Shown here piece by piece: positions 42,422 to 51,939 of a DNA stretch of 64,000 nt. The stretch comes from Alphaproteobacteria bacterium (GTDB lineage Bacteria > Pseudomonadota > Alphaproteobacteria > SHVV01): positions 4,416,001-4,480,000 of the forward strand of contig OZ253470.1 of NCBI GenBank assembly GCA_965261735.1, in the 5' to 3' direction. The notes beneath the pieces were generated by a model. It was not told where the DNA came from and did no database searches. It was given only the letters and a program-made list of their open reading frames with translations. The stretch's first letter is position 1; each line of letters starts with the position of its first letter. The translations under genes were made by a program, and so were the position numbers.

Positions 42422-43531
42422 TCAGTCGCGCGCAGCGACAAGCCAGCCGAAAAGAGCTGAGACAACAACAACGCTGAGACCGGCGATCAGTAAACTCAGT
42501 CGGAGAGACTCGCCACTGCGGTTCAGCTCCTCCACATCGAGTTCGGCGACCACGGCCCATTTGACGCCTATCCAGTCGAACGGCTGGTATGCGGACAGAA
42601 CCGGAACACCTCGGTAGTCAACGACAATCCCGAATCCGGTTGCGCCGGCCAGAGCTCCCTCGACAGAGGGAGTGGCGACCTCCCGGGTGAGAACGGTTTC
42701 GTCCAGGAATCTTGATTGGGAGACCATCAGGCGATCACCGTTCACAAGGTAGGATTCGAAAGAGTCCCCCAGGCTGTGTGCACCTTGCATGATGCTGTTG
42801 AACGGATCCAACCGCAGTTGCAGGATGAGCGCACCCGCAAAGCGTCCGTCGTGGTGAAGGGGAGTCCCGATGAACGCCGCCGGGATATTCTTGCTGGGGG
42901 CGTAGCGGGCGAAGCCGGTGCCGACGACGCTTCCCGGCGGGCTCTCGACGGCCTCCTGGTAGGCGTCGGCGATGGGCGCTCCATTGAGCGTTCCGGTCAG
43001 CAGGTTTGTGCCAAGGTCGTCTTCCTTGAATACCGTGTAGACGATATTCCCGTCGGGATCGACCAGGAAGAGATCGTAGTAGTCCCGCGCGCTGACCAGG
43101 CCGCTGAGCCAAGCGTGATAGACACTGTGGAGGTCGCTGTACTCGGAGCCGTCATCCGCTTTGAGGAGCTTGTGCCGGGAAGTTACTCCGTGGGGGTTCT
43201 CCTCGATGTACACACGCTGGAGCTCCGTCATCGGATCGGGGCCGAGATCATGAAAAGCACGCGAGAAGTCTCCCACGGCTGCTTGTACCAGGGACAGGGA
43301 TCCGACGATCTTCAGATCGTTCTCCACCGACCTGGCGTAGCTTCCCAATTCCTGCACGCGTGACTGCAAGGAGGTTTCGAGCACAGCACGGAAGTGGCCG
43401 CGCAAATCATCGTCGAAAATCCGGATCGCCAGAGCAGATGCAAGGGCGAAGGCGACCGCGGAGACGGCGGCCAGCGTGATCGACAACCTCAATCGGTTGG
43501 ATCCAGGCCGCCTGGCCACCGGTTCAGTCAT
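42422..43531 (-). CDS. Membrane-anchored Cache-domain protein without cytoplasmic output
   Basis: TM - YYDLFLVDPDGNIVYTVFKEDD...FARYAPS...DYRGVPVLSAY - TM, then stop. Confidence 0.8.
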   Translation of the reverse strand: MTEPVARRPGSNRLRLSITLAAVSAVAFALASALAIRIFDDDLRGHFRAVLETSLQSRVQELGSYARSVENDLKIVGSLSLVQAAVGDFSRAFHDLGPDPMTELQRVYIEENPHGVTSRHKLLKADDGSEYSDLHSVYHAWLSGLVSARDYYDLFLVDPDGNIVYTVFKEDDLGTNLLTGTLNGAPIADAYQEAVESPPGSVVGTGFARYAPSKNIPAAFIGTPLHHDGRFAGALILQLRLDPFNSIMQGAHSLGDSFESYLVNGDRLMVSQSRFLDETVLTREVATPSVEGALAGATGFGIVVDYRGVPVLSAYQPFDWIGVKWAVVAELDVEELNRSGESLRLSLLIAGLSVVVVSALFGWLVAARD

Positions 43532-45693
43532 TTTGTCCGCGCCTCGTAGACGCCATCCCAGTCATCCGGCGGCGGCGACCGATCAAAATCAACCGCGCGT
43601 GCGCGAAAGATGTGGGCCGCGGCGTCATCCGGGTAATCCCGGACGTGGCGGTCGAACTCGGCGATCGCCTCCGTCCACCGACGTTCGGTGTAAGCGTCGT
43701 AGCATATGCCCCAGCTTTGCATATGTGCTCGGGCGCCGGCGTGATCTCGCGCGTATTGACCGGGCGCGAGGAGTTCGAATACGGGCACCGGCCGGGTAGT
43801 ACCCTTGGGCAAGACCACGTCCACGGCGCGAACGGGAAAATCCGTCTCCAGGGCATCAACCGCAGACTCGGAGAGGAGAATTCGCGTTCCGAGCTGCTTG
43901 TTGAGACCCTCGAGCCGAGCCGCAAGGTTCACGGACTCGCCAAGAGCGGTGTAGTTGAGCCGCTCATCGGAGCCGACGTTGCCGACCACGGCATCGCCCT
44001 TGTGAAGACCAAAGCGTGTATGGAATGGGGGCTTTCCCTCCGCGACCCGCCGAGTATTGAGATCGTCGATCGCGGCTGCAGTATCGAGCACCCCCCGGCA
44101 CGCCAAATCGACGTGCCCGTCCTGACGCACCGGCGCGTTCCAGATGGCCATGATCGCGTCGCCCATGTACTTGTCGATCGTTGCCCCGTTCCGAATCAAT
44201 CTCCGGCTCGCCACGGCGAAGTACTCCGACACCTCGCGCATCAGCACCGTAGGCTCCATGCTCTCGGAAATCGACGTGAAGTCGGCGATGTCGGTGAACA
44301 GCAGCGTCACCTCGCAACGATCGCCACCAACATCCGCCGTCACGTCGCCAGCCACCAGGCGTCTGACCAACTGTGCCGGGACGTATCGCGCGAAATCTCT
44401 GAGCGAGCGCCTCAGGGTCTGAACCGCCTGTGACAGTTGATCAACCTCGACTATCCGGGACCTCACGGGCGCACGTTCGTCCAGATCAAAGTTGCGCATC
44501 TGGTACGCCTCGCCGGTGAGCGTCCGGATAGGTCTCGAAATCGCACCGGCGACGATCCAGGCAATCAGGAGACCGATGCCAACACCGAACGCGGCGATCC
44601 AGAGGCTGAGGCGCATTCGCTCCGAGACCTCCGCGAACACCTCGTCGGAAGGCGCGACGATGCCCATGGTCGCGCTGCGGTCCCCTCCCAGGTCAAGTGG
44701 CGAGATCCAGACGACCCACTTCTTCCCATCCGCCTCCACCTCGTGCACACCTTCGCGCTGTCCCGAAGCGTTGAGGCGACTGAGGGCTCGATAAGGGGCA
44801 AATTCGGTGCTGGCAAGCGTTTGCTGGATGACAAGTGGGCGCTCGTCATGGCGAACTACCTGCAGCACGTGATCGATGTCGGATGCCGCGAGGACGGATG
44901 TCTTCGCATCGAAAACCACCGTGTGCGAGTTCGCAGTTGCACGCTTTGCGCCGAGCATCTGGGACAAGGTCCGAAGGGTCAGGTCGCCGCCCACGACGCC
45001 GTGCCCGTCCCGTGTACGGGCCGCAACCGTGATACCGATGTCATTGGACTCGAAGTAGACGTAGGGCGGGGTCTGAACGGTCCGGTCGGCAACCATCGCC
45101 CCGTGGAACCACGGGCGGGTGCGCGGATCGTAACCGTTGTGCTGCCGATGATCCGTCGAAACGATCCCGTAGTCGCCGTCCAGCATGATCACCGTTTGAT
45201 CAAACTCGCTCGGGCTCGGGCGCTGGATTATCCAGGACCGATAGGCTGGCCCCGCCCCCGGCGTCGCAACGGCGAGGTTGAACACAATGGCGAAGTTCCC
45301 TTGCCTATCCCCGTAATAGAGAGCGTCAAGCCCGTCGGTCTCGGATAATCGCTGGGCAAATAGACGCACGGTGTCTATCGAAAAGATGCCATCCGCCGGT
45401 AGCAACGAAACGGTGGCAACAGTAGCTTCAACCGCTGTCTCGACGGGACCCCGCCGCGCTTGAAGCTCAATTCGAACGATTTCGCCCAGGTTCTGAAACG
45501 ATTCCTTGGCGTACGCGAGAGCGGCGCGACGTCCAGCAATTTGGTCGTTCGCCACTATCATACCCGCTACCAAAACCAGAAGCACAGAAACGATGCTCGC
45601 AATACTTACGTGAAGCGGGATAAGCGTTCTTAGGAACGCGCCGATATCGGGGCGAAGGCGGAGGCCCAACATGGTTCGATCAGTGTTATCCAA
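43528..45693 (-). CDS. Class III adenylate cyclase with Cache and HAMP domains
   Basis: YDPRTRPWF, FTDIADFT, DKYMGDA, NYTALGESVNLAARLEG, WDGV tail. Confidence 0.92.
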   Translation of the reverse strand: MDNTDRTMLGLRLRPDIGAFLRTLIPLHVSIASIVSVLLVLVAGMIVANDQIAGRRAALAYAKESFQNLGEIVRIELQARRGPVETAVEATVATVSLLPADGIFSIDTVRLFAQRLSETDGLDALYYGDRQGNFAIVFNLAVATPGAGPAYRSWIIQRPSPSEFDQTVIMLDGDYGIVSTDHRQHNGYDPRTRPWFHGAMVADRTVQTPPYVYFESNDIGITVAARTRDGHGVVGGDLTLRTLSQMLGAKRATANSHTVVFDAKTSVLAASDIDHVLQVVRHDERPLVIQQTLASTEFAPYRALSRLNASGQREGVHEVEADGKKWVVWISPLDLGGDRSATMGIVAPSDEVFAEVSERMRLSLWIAAFGVGIGLLIAWIVAGAISRPIRTLTGEAYQMRNFDLDERAPVRSRIVEVDQLSQAVQTLRRSLRDFARYVPAQLVRRLVAGDVTADVGGDRCEVTLLFTDIADFTSISESMEPTVLMREVSEYFAVASRRLIRNGATIDKYMGDAIMAIWNAPVRQDGHVDLACRGVLDTAAAIDDLNTRRVAEGKPPFHTRFGLHKGDAVVGNVGSDERLNYTALGESVNLAARLEGLNKQLGTRILLSESAVDALETDFPVRAVDVVLPKGTTRPVPVFELLAPGQYARDHAGARAHMQSWGICYDAYTERRWTEAIAEFDRHVRDYPDDAAAHIFRARAVDFDRSPPPDDWDGVYEARTK

Positions 45694-45889
45694 CCGGAGC
45701 TACGTAAAATGCATGCCCCGATTCGTAAATCACCGCAAGCGCTCTGGCGAGAGAACGTAGTAACCCAGTGCCACTGTCGCGGCACGTCATTGCGTCATCA
45801 CTTTTGCTGTGGACCGAGAGGTCATCCACAATCCTCGCGCATGTAACTCGCTAGGTTGTTCGGCATCAATCGGCAGCTCTGCTCATCGC

Positions 45890-46082
45890 AGCACGGTATG
45901 ACCGAAGCCGGTCAGTGACGATAGAAGCCGGCCGGCCGTAGCGTTTCATCGTAGACTTCAGTAACTTCAGCGCGGCTCTTCGATTCCGCCATTTCGTTGC
46001 AAAAGCCTCGAGCACTTCGCCTTCGTGGTCAACGGCCCGCCACAAAACAAATAGTACGTCTTTCCGTTGATCCGCACTTTCG
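45890..46082 (-). pseudogene. IS6-family transposase fragment
   Basis: VRINGKTYYL / RAVDHEGEVLE...MKRYGRP..IVTDRL. Confidence 0.75.
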
Positions 46083-46411
46083 GACCATGTAGGTGTTGGA
46101 CTCCAGGGTCCGGGCTTGACGTCCGAGGAACTTGTCCGCGAGTTCGGTCATCGGGTACCCCGGCGTCCTGGGGCCGTTGCCCCTCTTCACCGGCTCGACG
46201 TACGTTCACGATTCGACCTGCTCCACTATCAGGTCGAGCCGCAGGATACGGGTGTCCTCGCCACCTGCCAGCTCAGCGACCGCTCACGCCCTCACGCCGC
46301 CCGCGTCGGCGTCTCCACCCCGGATGCTCCCGCCAGCCGCCGCCTCATGACGGCGACCTGGGCACATCCCCTATGGGATCGCGTGACACGAGCGTAGTGG
46401 ATACGCTCCCG

Positions 46412-47422
46412 CTAAAACCTGAAGGTGAAGATCCTGAGACCCTGTACGGGTCTGCTGAAGCCCGGGTCCTTGTACCGCTCGGGCACGGTCGACCAGTTTT
46501 CGTAGACGTCGCCGCCGAAGTAGAAGCGCCGCGTCCTGTTGGACTCGGTGGTCGAGCTGCCCGTCACGAAGAGCTCATAGGAATGCTCCGGCGGGCGCGG
46601 GCCGGTTCGATCAACGTGAGGCACGTACTCCTTGCGACCGTCGCCGTCGAGGTCCACTCGAATCCATTCGAGTTGGAGCAGGCGATGGTAACTGCGGTCG
46701 GCGATCATGCCGCGCAGCTCCGCGTTGAACCGCGGGATGATCCACCAGGCGTCCGGATGCGACCGGCGGACGGCGAGGTGAAGGGAGCGTGTAAGCAGCG
46801 GCGTCGAGCCGAACGCCAGTCTCGTTCGAGCTGCTTCTGCGTGATTGCGAATGAGGTATTGGATGACAAGCTCGTCCATCAGCGTGTAGTCCACCTCACC
46901 GTTGAGGAGTCTTGCGACGCTGTCCTCTTCGCTGTTCGAGCCGACGAAGATCGGACCGCCCGTTGTCTCGACTGCCTCGCCATACGCGTATCCGGCGACC
47001 AGGGCGATCCGCTTGCCGGCGAGGTCGGCCAGCGAGGTCGCGGACACGTCGCCGCCTTGCCGCCCGACGAGGATCAACCGGTTCTCGAGATACGGCTGCG
47101 AGTAAATCAGCGCGCGTTCGCGTTCCGTATCCTTCCAGAGGGCCGCGCTTCCGTCGAATTCGCCGCTCAGCAGTGAGGGCGTCAATCTGGCCTCATCCAC
47201 GATGACCGTTTCGGCGAAGATCCCGATGCGTTCGAGAGCCTCTTCGACCAGATCGAGGGCGAACCGCGGCTGTCCTGGCGCGTTGGTGAACGGCGACCAC
47301 GCCGTCGACACGAGCTGCAACTGCCGATCCTGCGCTGTCGCCATGACCGGAATTGCGATGATCAGGAGTAGCAGCGCTCCCGTCGCCCACCGAGCCCAAC
47401 GAAGAAGCCGTGGCTGGCGCAT
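46412..47422 (-). CDS. Family-3 substrate-binding protein with a DxDGDG-containing C-terminal extension
   Basis: WSPF, ERERALIYSQPY, LADLAGKRI, GYAYG; DLDGDGRKE. Confidence 0.75.
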   Translation of the reverse strand: MRQPRLLRWARWATGALLLLIIAIPVMATAQDRQLQLVSTAWSPFTNAPGQPRFALDLVEEALERIGIFAETVIVDEARLTPSLLSGEFDGSAALWKDTERERALIYSQPYLENRLILVGRQGGDVSATSLADLAGKRIALVAGYAYGEAVETTGGPIFVGSNSEEDSVARLLNGEVDYTLMDELVIQYLIRNHAEAARTRLAFGSTPLLTRSLHLAVRRSHPDAWWIIPRFNAELRGMIADRSYHRLLQLEWIRVDLDGDGRKEYVPHVDRTGPRPPEHSYELFVTGSSTTESNRTRRFYFGGDVYENWSTVPERYKDPGFSRPVQGLRIFTFRF

Positions 47423-47637
47423 GGGTCGTGAACTGTCTAGTTTCCGTCCGTCGTTCGCTGGCACGTCGTTTCTCCTTTGCCCATCCCATAATTATTCGAC
47501 AGGCAACTCTTGGGCACCATTCTCCTGACAAATTGCAGTCGAGTGCATCAGGGTACGTCGGGCCGCGGCCGCGGCCATCGGGTCATGACGCTTCCCGCCT
47601 CCGCGTGAGCGCGCGCAGGTTGCATCGCGGAAGCGCT

Positions 47638-48906
47638 TCAGGCCCTGACACAGCGGATGGGAAGGGAATCGAGGCCACGTAGCACGATGCTGTTGCGGAA
47701 GCGCGGGTTCTCGTCGAGCAGGCTGATTTGGGAGAAACGCTCGAGCAGCATCTCAAGGACGATGCGCCCTTCCAGGTGTGCGAGCGGAGCGCCGAGGCAG
47801 TGATGGATCCCGCGCCCGAACGACAGGTGAGAGCGGTCGCCCCGGCCGACATCGAGCCGGTCGGGGTCGTCGAACACGTCCGGGTCCCGGTTGGCCGCGC
47901 CGAGAAGGACGACGATGTTGTCGCGTCGCCGCACGGCAAAGCCGTTCACCTCGCAGTCCTCGAGCACGCGCCGGAAATCGGTCTGCACCGGCGAATCGAA
48001 GCGCAGTAGCTCGTCCACCGCCGCCGGGATCAGGCTCGGATCGTCTCTCAACCGCTGCAGCTGATCCGGATGGCGCAGCAGGGCCAGGATGCCGTTGCCG
48101 ATCAGGTTGGTGGTGGTCTCGTTGCCGGCAATGAGCAGCAGGCGCAGCATGTTCAGCATCTCGCGCTCGGTCAGCCGGTCGCCTTCCTCTTCCGCCTGCG
48201 CAAGCGCGCTCACGATGTCGTCCTGGGGCGCCGCCCGCCGTTCCTGGATAATCGGCCGGAAGTAGGCGTCGAGCGCCTTCGCGGCGGCATCGGAGGCCGC
48301 GCGTTCCCGGGCGTCGATCACCGGCTCCAGCGTGCGTGCGCGCTGGTCGGACCAGATCTTGAATTGCGCTCTGTCTTTCGGCGGCACGCCCAGCATCTCG
48401 GCAATCACGATCACGGGCAGCGGCTGGGCCACCGCCTGCATCAGGTCGAAGCCGGCCGGGTCGTCGATCTCGTCCAGCAGGACCCCGAGCAGGTTGCGAA
48501 TGTGGGGCTCGAGCGCGTTCACCGCCTTGGGCGTAAAGGCCTTGTTGACGAGCGCCCTGAGCCGCTTGTGGTCCGGCGGATCGAGAAACAGCATGGTGAA
48601 CTCGTCGTCCGGCGGCAGGTTGGCGCGCTGCCGACGATTGAGCTCGCCCTTGCGGGGGTCGTTGCCGAAGTGCCGATGGTCGCGCAGGATCGTGTCGATG
48701 TCCACATGCCGGGTAAACAGCCAGGCATTCATCAACCGGCTCCGGTGCACCGGGTCCCTTTCCCGCAGGACCGCGTAGACTGGATAGGGGTCTTGGGCGG
48801 TCTGCCTCGACAGCGGGTTGTAAGCGACGCCGCTCTGCCAGCGTTCCCGCGCGAGCACCGCACCCACGACGATGGACCGTATCGCCTGCTGCATCGAGAA
48901 CATCAC
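47638..48906 (-). CDS. Cytochrome P450
   Basis: DPPDHKRLR, AGNETT, ELLR, FGRGIHHCLG heme motif. Confidence 0.95.
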   Translation of the reverse strand: MMFSMQQAIRSIVVGAVLARERWQSGVAYNPLSRQTAQDPYPVYAVLRERDPVHRSRLMNAWLFTRHVDIDTILRDHRHFGNDPRKGELNRRQRANLPPDDEFTMLFLDPPDHKRLRALVNKAFTPKAVNALEPHIRNLLGVLLDEIDDPAGFDLMQAVAQPLPVIVIAEMLGVPPKDRAQFKIWSDQRARTLEPVIDARERAASDAAAKALDAYFRPIIQERRAAPQDDIVSALAQAEEEGDRLTEREMLNMLRLLLIAGNETTTNLIGNGILALLRHPDQLQRLRDDPSLIPAAVDELLRFDSPVQTDFRRVLEDCEVNGFAVRRRDNIVVLLGAANRDPDVFDDPDRLDVGRGDRSHLSFGRGIHHCLGAPLAHLEGRIVLEMLLERFSQISLLDENPRFRNSIVLRGLDSLPIRCVRA

Positions 48907-49109
48907 CGCCTCCTCGCTGCCGCGCGTCTCGCGGCGCCGTCAGGCACACGAGAGAATAGCGCGACAACCAGAGCACGCGCCAACCGAGAACGCTTTTCCA
49001 CGGCGCCAGCCAGCGAAGCGCCGAACAAAACGTCCTGTCTGAAGAGCCGCCGTGCCACGGCGTCGGCGCATTCGCCCTCCGCCGTTGCTGCCTCGGGCAC
49101 CTCTTGGGC

Positions 49110-50189
49110 GCGCATTCCGACGAAAGCAGCCACTGATTCCGATCCAAAACGGCCACTTTCCCGGATATCTCACGAGGCCATTTTGTATCGCTGGATTTGC
49201 GATCTACTGGGCGGGTCTGAGTGGCGGTGTGTCGATGTTGTGTTTTCTGTTGGTCCAAAGTGGGCAGGGCCGCGTAGCTGGGTTCGGAAAGGGATTGGAA
49301 GCTTCGCCTGCTGGGACGTCTTGGCCTTTTTCGGTTGTCGCAGAGGGGTTGGGACTATGGGGGCGCCAGAGCGGCGTGAGCCTTGAAGAACAGGGTTTTG
49401 CCGGGACAGGCGTCGGGCAGGGAGAGCTTGATGTCATTTTCGTTCGGCGTGGTCAACGTCGTTGGCGTTGAAGTTCTCGGCGATGGTCTTTCGCATGGAG
49501 GGCCCGTCGAAGTTGATTCTGTGGGAGTTGTGGACGATACGGTCGAGGATGGCGTCGGCGTAATCGACGAACAGCTTGTCGCCGGCGACATGGGTCTGGC
49601 GCATGGTCGGGGCGAGCCGGCCGCGCCAATCCCGGTAGAGATCGCAGAACCGGCTGTAGCCGTAACCGTCGCGATGAACGGCGCGGTATTCCTCCCACAA
49701 GAGCGACAGGGTCACGCCGGGCCGCTTCAACTCGCGATGCATCAGCGGCCAGTCGGGAAGCGGCCGGCGATCGGGCGAAACCGCCGGCAGCGGCGCGAAC
49801 AGCAGCCGTTCCAGCGCCTCGTCCGAAAGCCCCTCGGGCAGCGGCCAAGCCAGACCCGCGCGGCGCGCCCGGCGGAGATAATCGCCGACCGCCTGGCGGC
49901 CGATGTTCAAACCGACGGCAATCCGCCGCTTCGACAATCCGCCGGCATGCAGCCGTAGAACGTCGTGTATTTTACGCATGGGCAATCTCTCCCTGGGCAT
50001 CCTCGCTCCTGGAAGCCGGTCTCTCGTAGTCGGCCAGCTGCTTGCGAAGCGACGGCACCGGAGAACCGCCGCATACGCCCAGTTGGCGACGGGCACTCGT
50101 CGAGGCGGTGGAAGGGGTCGGCAAGTTCACTGCGAAGGCTATGATCGTCGGCTCCAGCGATCGTCCATCGCGCCGCCTTGACATCAACA
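49110..50189 (-). mobile_element. Internally deleted IS21-family element (istA-istB fusion ORF 49434-50000); ends approximate
   Basis: IstA start MRKIHDVLRL...GYSRFC...LFVDY joined to IstB end ADAILDRIVHNSHRI...GPSMRK; repeated TTCCGA...GCCACT units near 49110-49157. Confidence 0.8.
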
Positions 50190-50663
50190 CTGACAGCCTG
50201 TTCCTCGCGAGGCCGAATGGGGAATGCGGGGGAGGCTAGGGAGGTTCTGATGCAACCGATTTCGGGGCCGCGGCCCAAGTCCTGGTTAATTGTGTTGAGC
50301 CTGATGACCGTCCCACTGTTCGCGATGGTCTGCGCTTCCGATGCGCGCGCCGACACGCCAGTAGAGGTCGAGCAGGAAGTCGCCGAGGAAGCGGAGGTCG
50401 AGGTCGGGCCATCGGCCAGTGCTACGACCACACCGCTTATCCCCCGCAAGCTCCTGTTCGGCAACCCGGACAAGATAAACGTTCAGATCAGCCCGGACGG
50501 GCGTTTCCTGAGCTACGCCGCCCCGGTGGACGGGGTGCTCAACGTCTGGGTGGGGCCGGTGGACGACCCGGCGGCGGCCCGGCCCGTCACCCGGGACACG
50601 TTCGGGGGAATCGGCAACTACTTCTGGGCCGACGCCAGCGATCACATCGTGTGTGGACGCCCC

Positions 50664-50916
50664 CGTTGATGCAAGCAGTTTTTGGTCGGCTCGGTGCATG
50701 CGGTCAGGTGCTGTCGTGTGTCCGGCCTCTCTATGCGGCAGATGACACGCCGCGGGCCCGTATGGAGATACGCGGATTGGGTCCAAATCGGTTACGCGAG
50801 CTTGAAAGCTCTCCGTTCGGATGCTGGTTTTCCCAACCCGGTCTCGTTGACCTTTGCCCTTACCTGTCCTCCGTCGTGCCCACATCCCCGACGGCTTCCC
50901 GCACTTCGCCGTTCTC
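50664..50916 (-). ncRNA. Predicted bridge/seek RNA of element B
   Basis: Contains GTAACCGAT identical to the target flank and ACACACGA identical to the predicted donor junction. Confidence 0.7.
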
Positions 50917-51939
50917 TCAGGCGGTGGCGGGAGCCCGGTAGCTCTCCTTCTTCGTCAGTAGCGCCCAGACGATGCGCGCCATCCTGTTGGCCAGCGCCAC
51001 CGCGACGAGCATCCTCGGCTTGCGCGCCAGCATCCCGGCCAGCCAGGGGTCCGTCGTCACGCCGCGCCGAACCGCCCAGCGGACCACAGTCATCGCGCCT
51101 GTGATCAGCAGCCGTCTCAGATCGCGCTGGCCCATCTTCGATATCTTGCCCAGCTTCGGCTTGCCGCCGGTCGTGTGCTGGCGCGGCACGAGGCCGAGCC
51201 AAGCGGAGAAGTCGCGGCCGCGCCGGAAACTCTCCATCGGCGGTGCGAAGGCCTGGATTGCCATCGCGCTGATCGGCCCGATCCCCGGCACGCTCATCAG
51301 GCGCCTCGCCTCCTCATCCTGCCGTGCTCTCACGTGGACCTCCCTCTCCAGGCCCGCAATCTTCGCATCGAGGCCGGCGATCTGCTCAAGCAGAAGGCCG
51401 GCCAGCTCGCGGACCGCTTCCGGCAACCTCGAAGCCGGTCCCTCAAGCGCCGAGGCCAGCCGGCCGACATGAGCCGGCCCCTGCGGGGCAATGACACCGA
51501 ACTCCGCTAGATGGCCGCGCAGCGCATTAATCGTCTGGGTGCGCTGGCGCACCAGAAGATCGCGCGTCCGGAACAGCATGCCCCGAGCCTGCTGTTCCTC
51601 CGTCTTCACAGCCACAAAGCGCATGGTCGGCCGCGACGACGCCTCGCAGATCGCCTCCGCATCCGACGCGTCGTTCTTTTGCCGCTTGACGTACGCTTTG
51701 ACGTAGATCGGTGGGACCAGTCGCACCGCATGGCCGAGACTGCCGATCTCCCGGCCCCAATGGTGCGCGCCGCCGCACGCCTCCATCGCCACCGTGCAGC
51801 GTGGCTGCGCAGCCACAAAGTCCAACAGCTTCGCCCGGCTCAGCTTCTTGCGGAACGCAACCGACCCATCCGCCCGCGCACCGTGCAGCTGAAAGCTGTT
51901 CTTCGCCAGATCGATCCCGATCATGTGAACCTGTTCCAT
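50917..51939 (-). CDS. IS110-family recombinase
   Basis: GIDLAK, AMEAC, KNDASDAEAI, GLVPRQHTTGGK. Confidence 0.95.
   Translation of the reverse strand: MEQVHMIGIDLAKNSFQLHGARADGSVAFRKKLSRAKLLDFVAAQPRCTVAMEACGGAHHWGREIGSLGHAVRLVPPIYVKAYVKRQKNDASDAEAICEASSRPTMRFVAVKTEEQQARGMLFRTRDLLVRQRTQTINALRGHLAEFGVIAPQGPAHVGRLASALEGPASRLPEAVRELAGLLLEQIAGLDAKIAGLEREVHVRARQDEEARRLMSVPGIGPISAMAIQAFAPPMESFRRGRDFSAWLGLVPRQHTTGGKPKLGKISKMGQRDLRRLLITGAMTVVRWAVRRGVTTDPWLAGMLARKPRMLVAVALANRMARIVWALLTKKESYRAPATA

Noticed and set aside
46083-46400. Possible further integrase remnant
   Set aside because: No diagnostic motif that I can support
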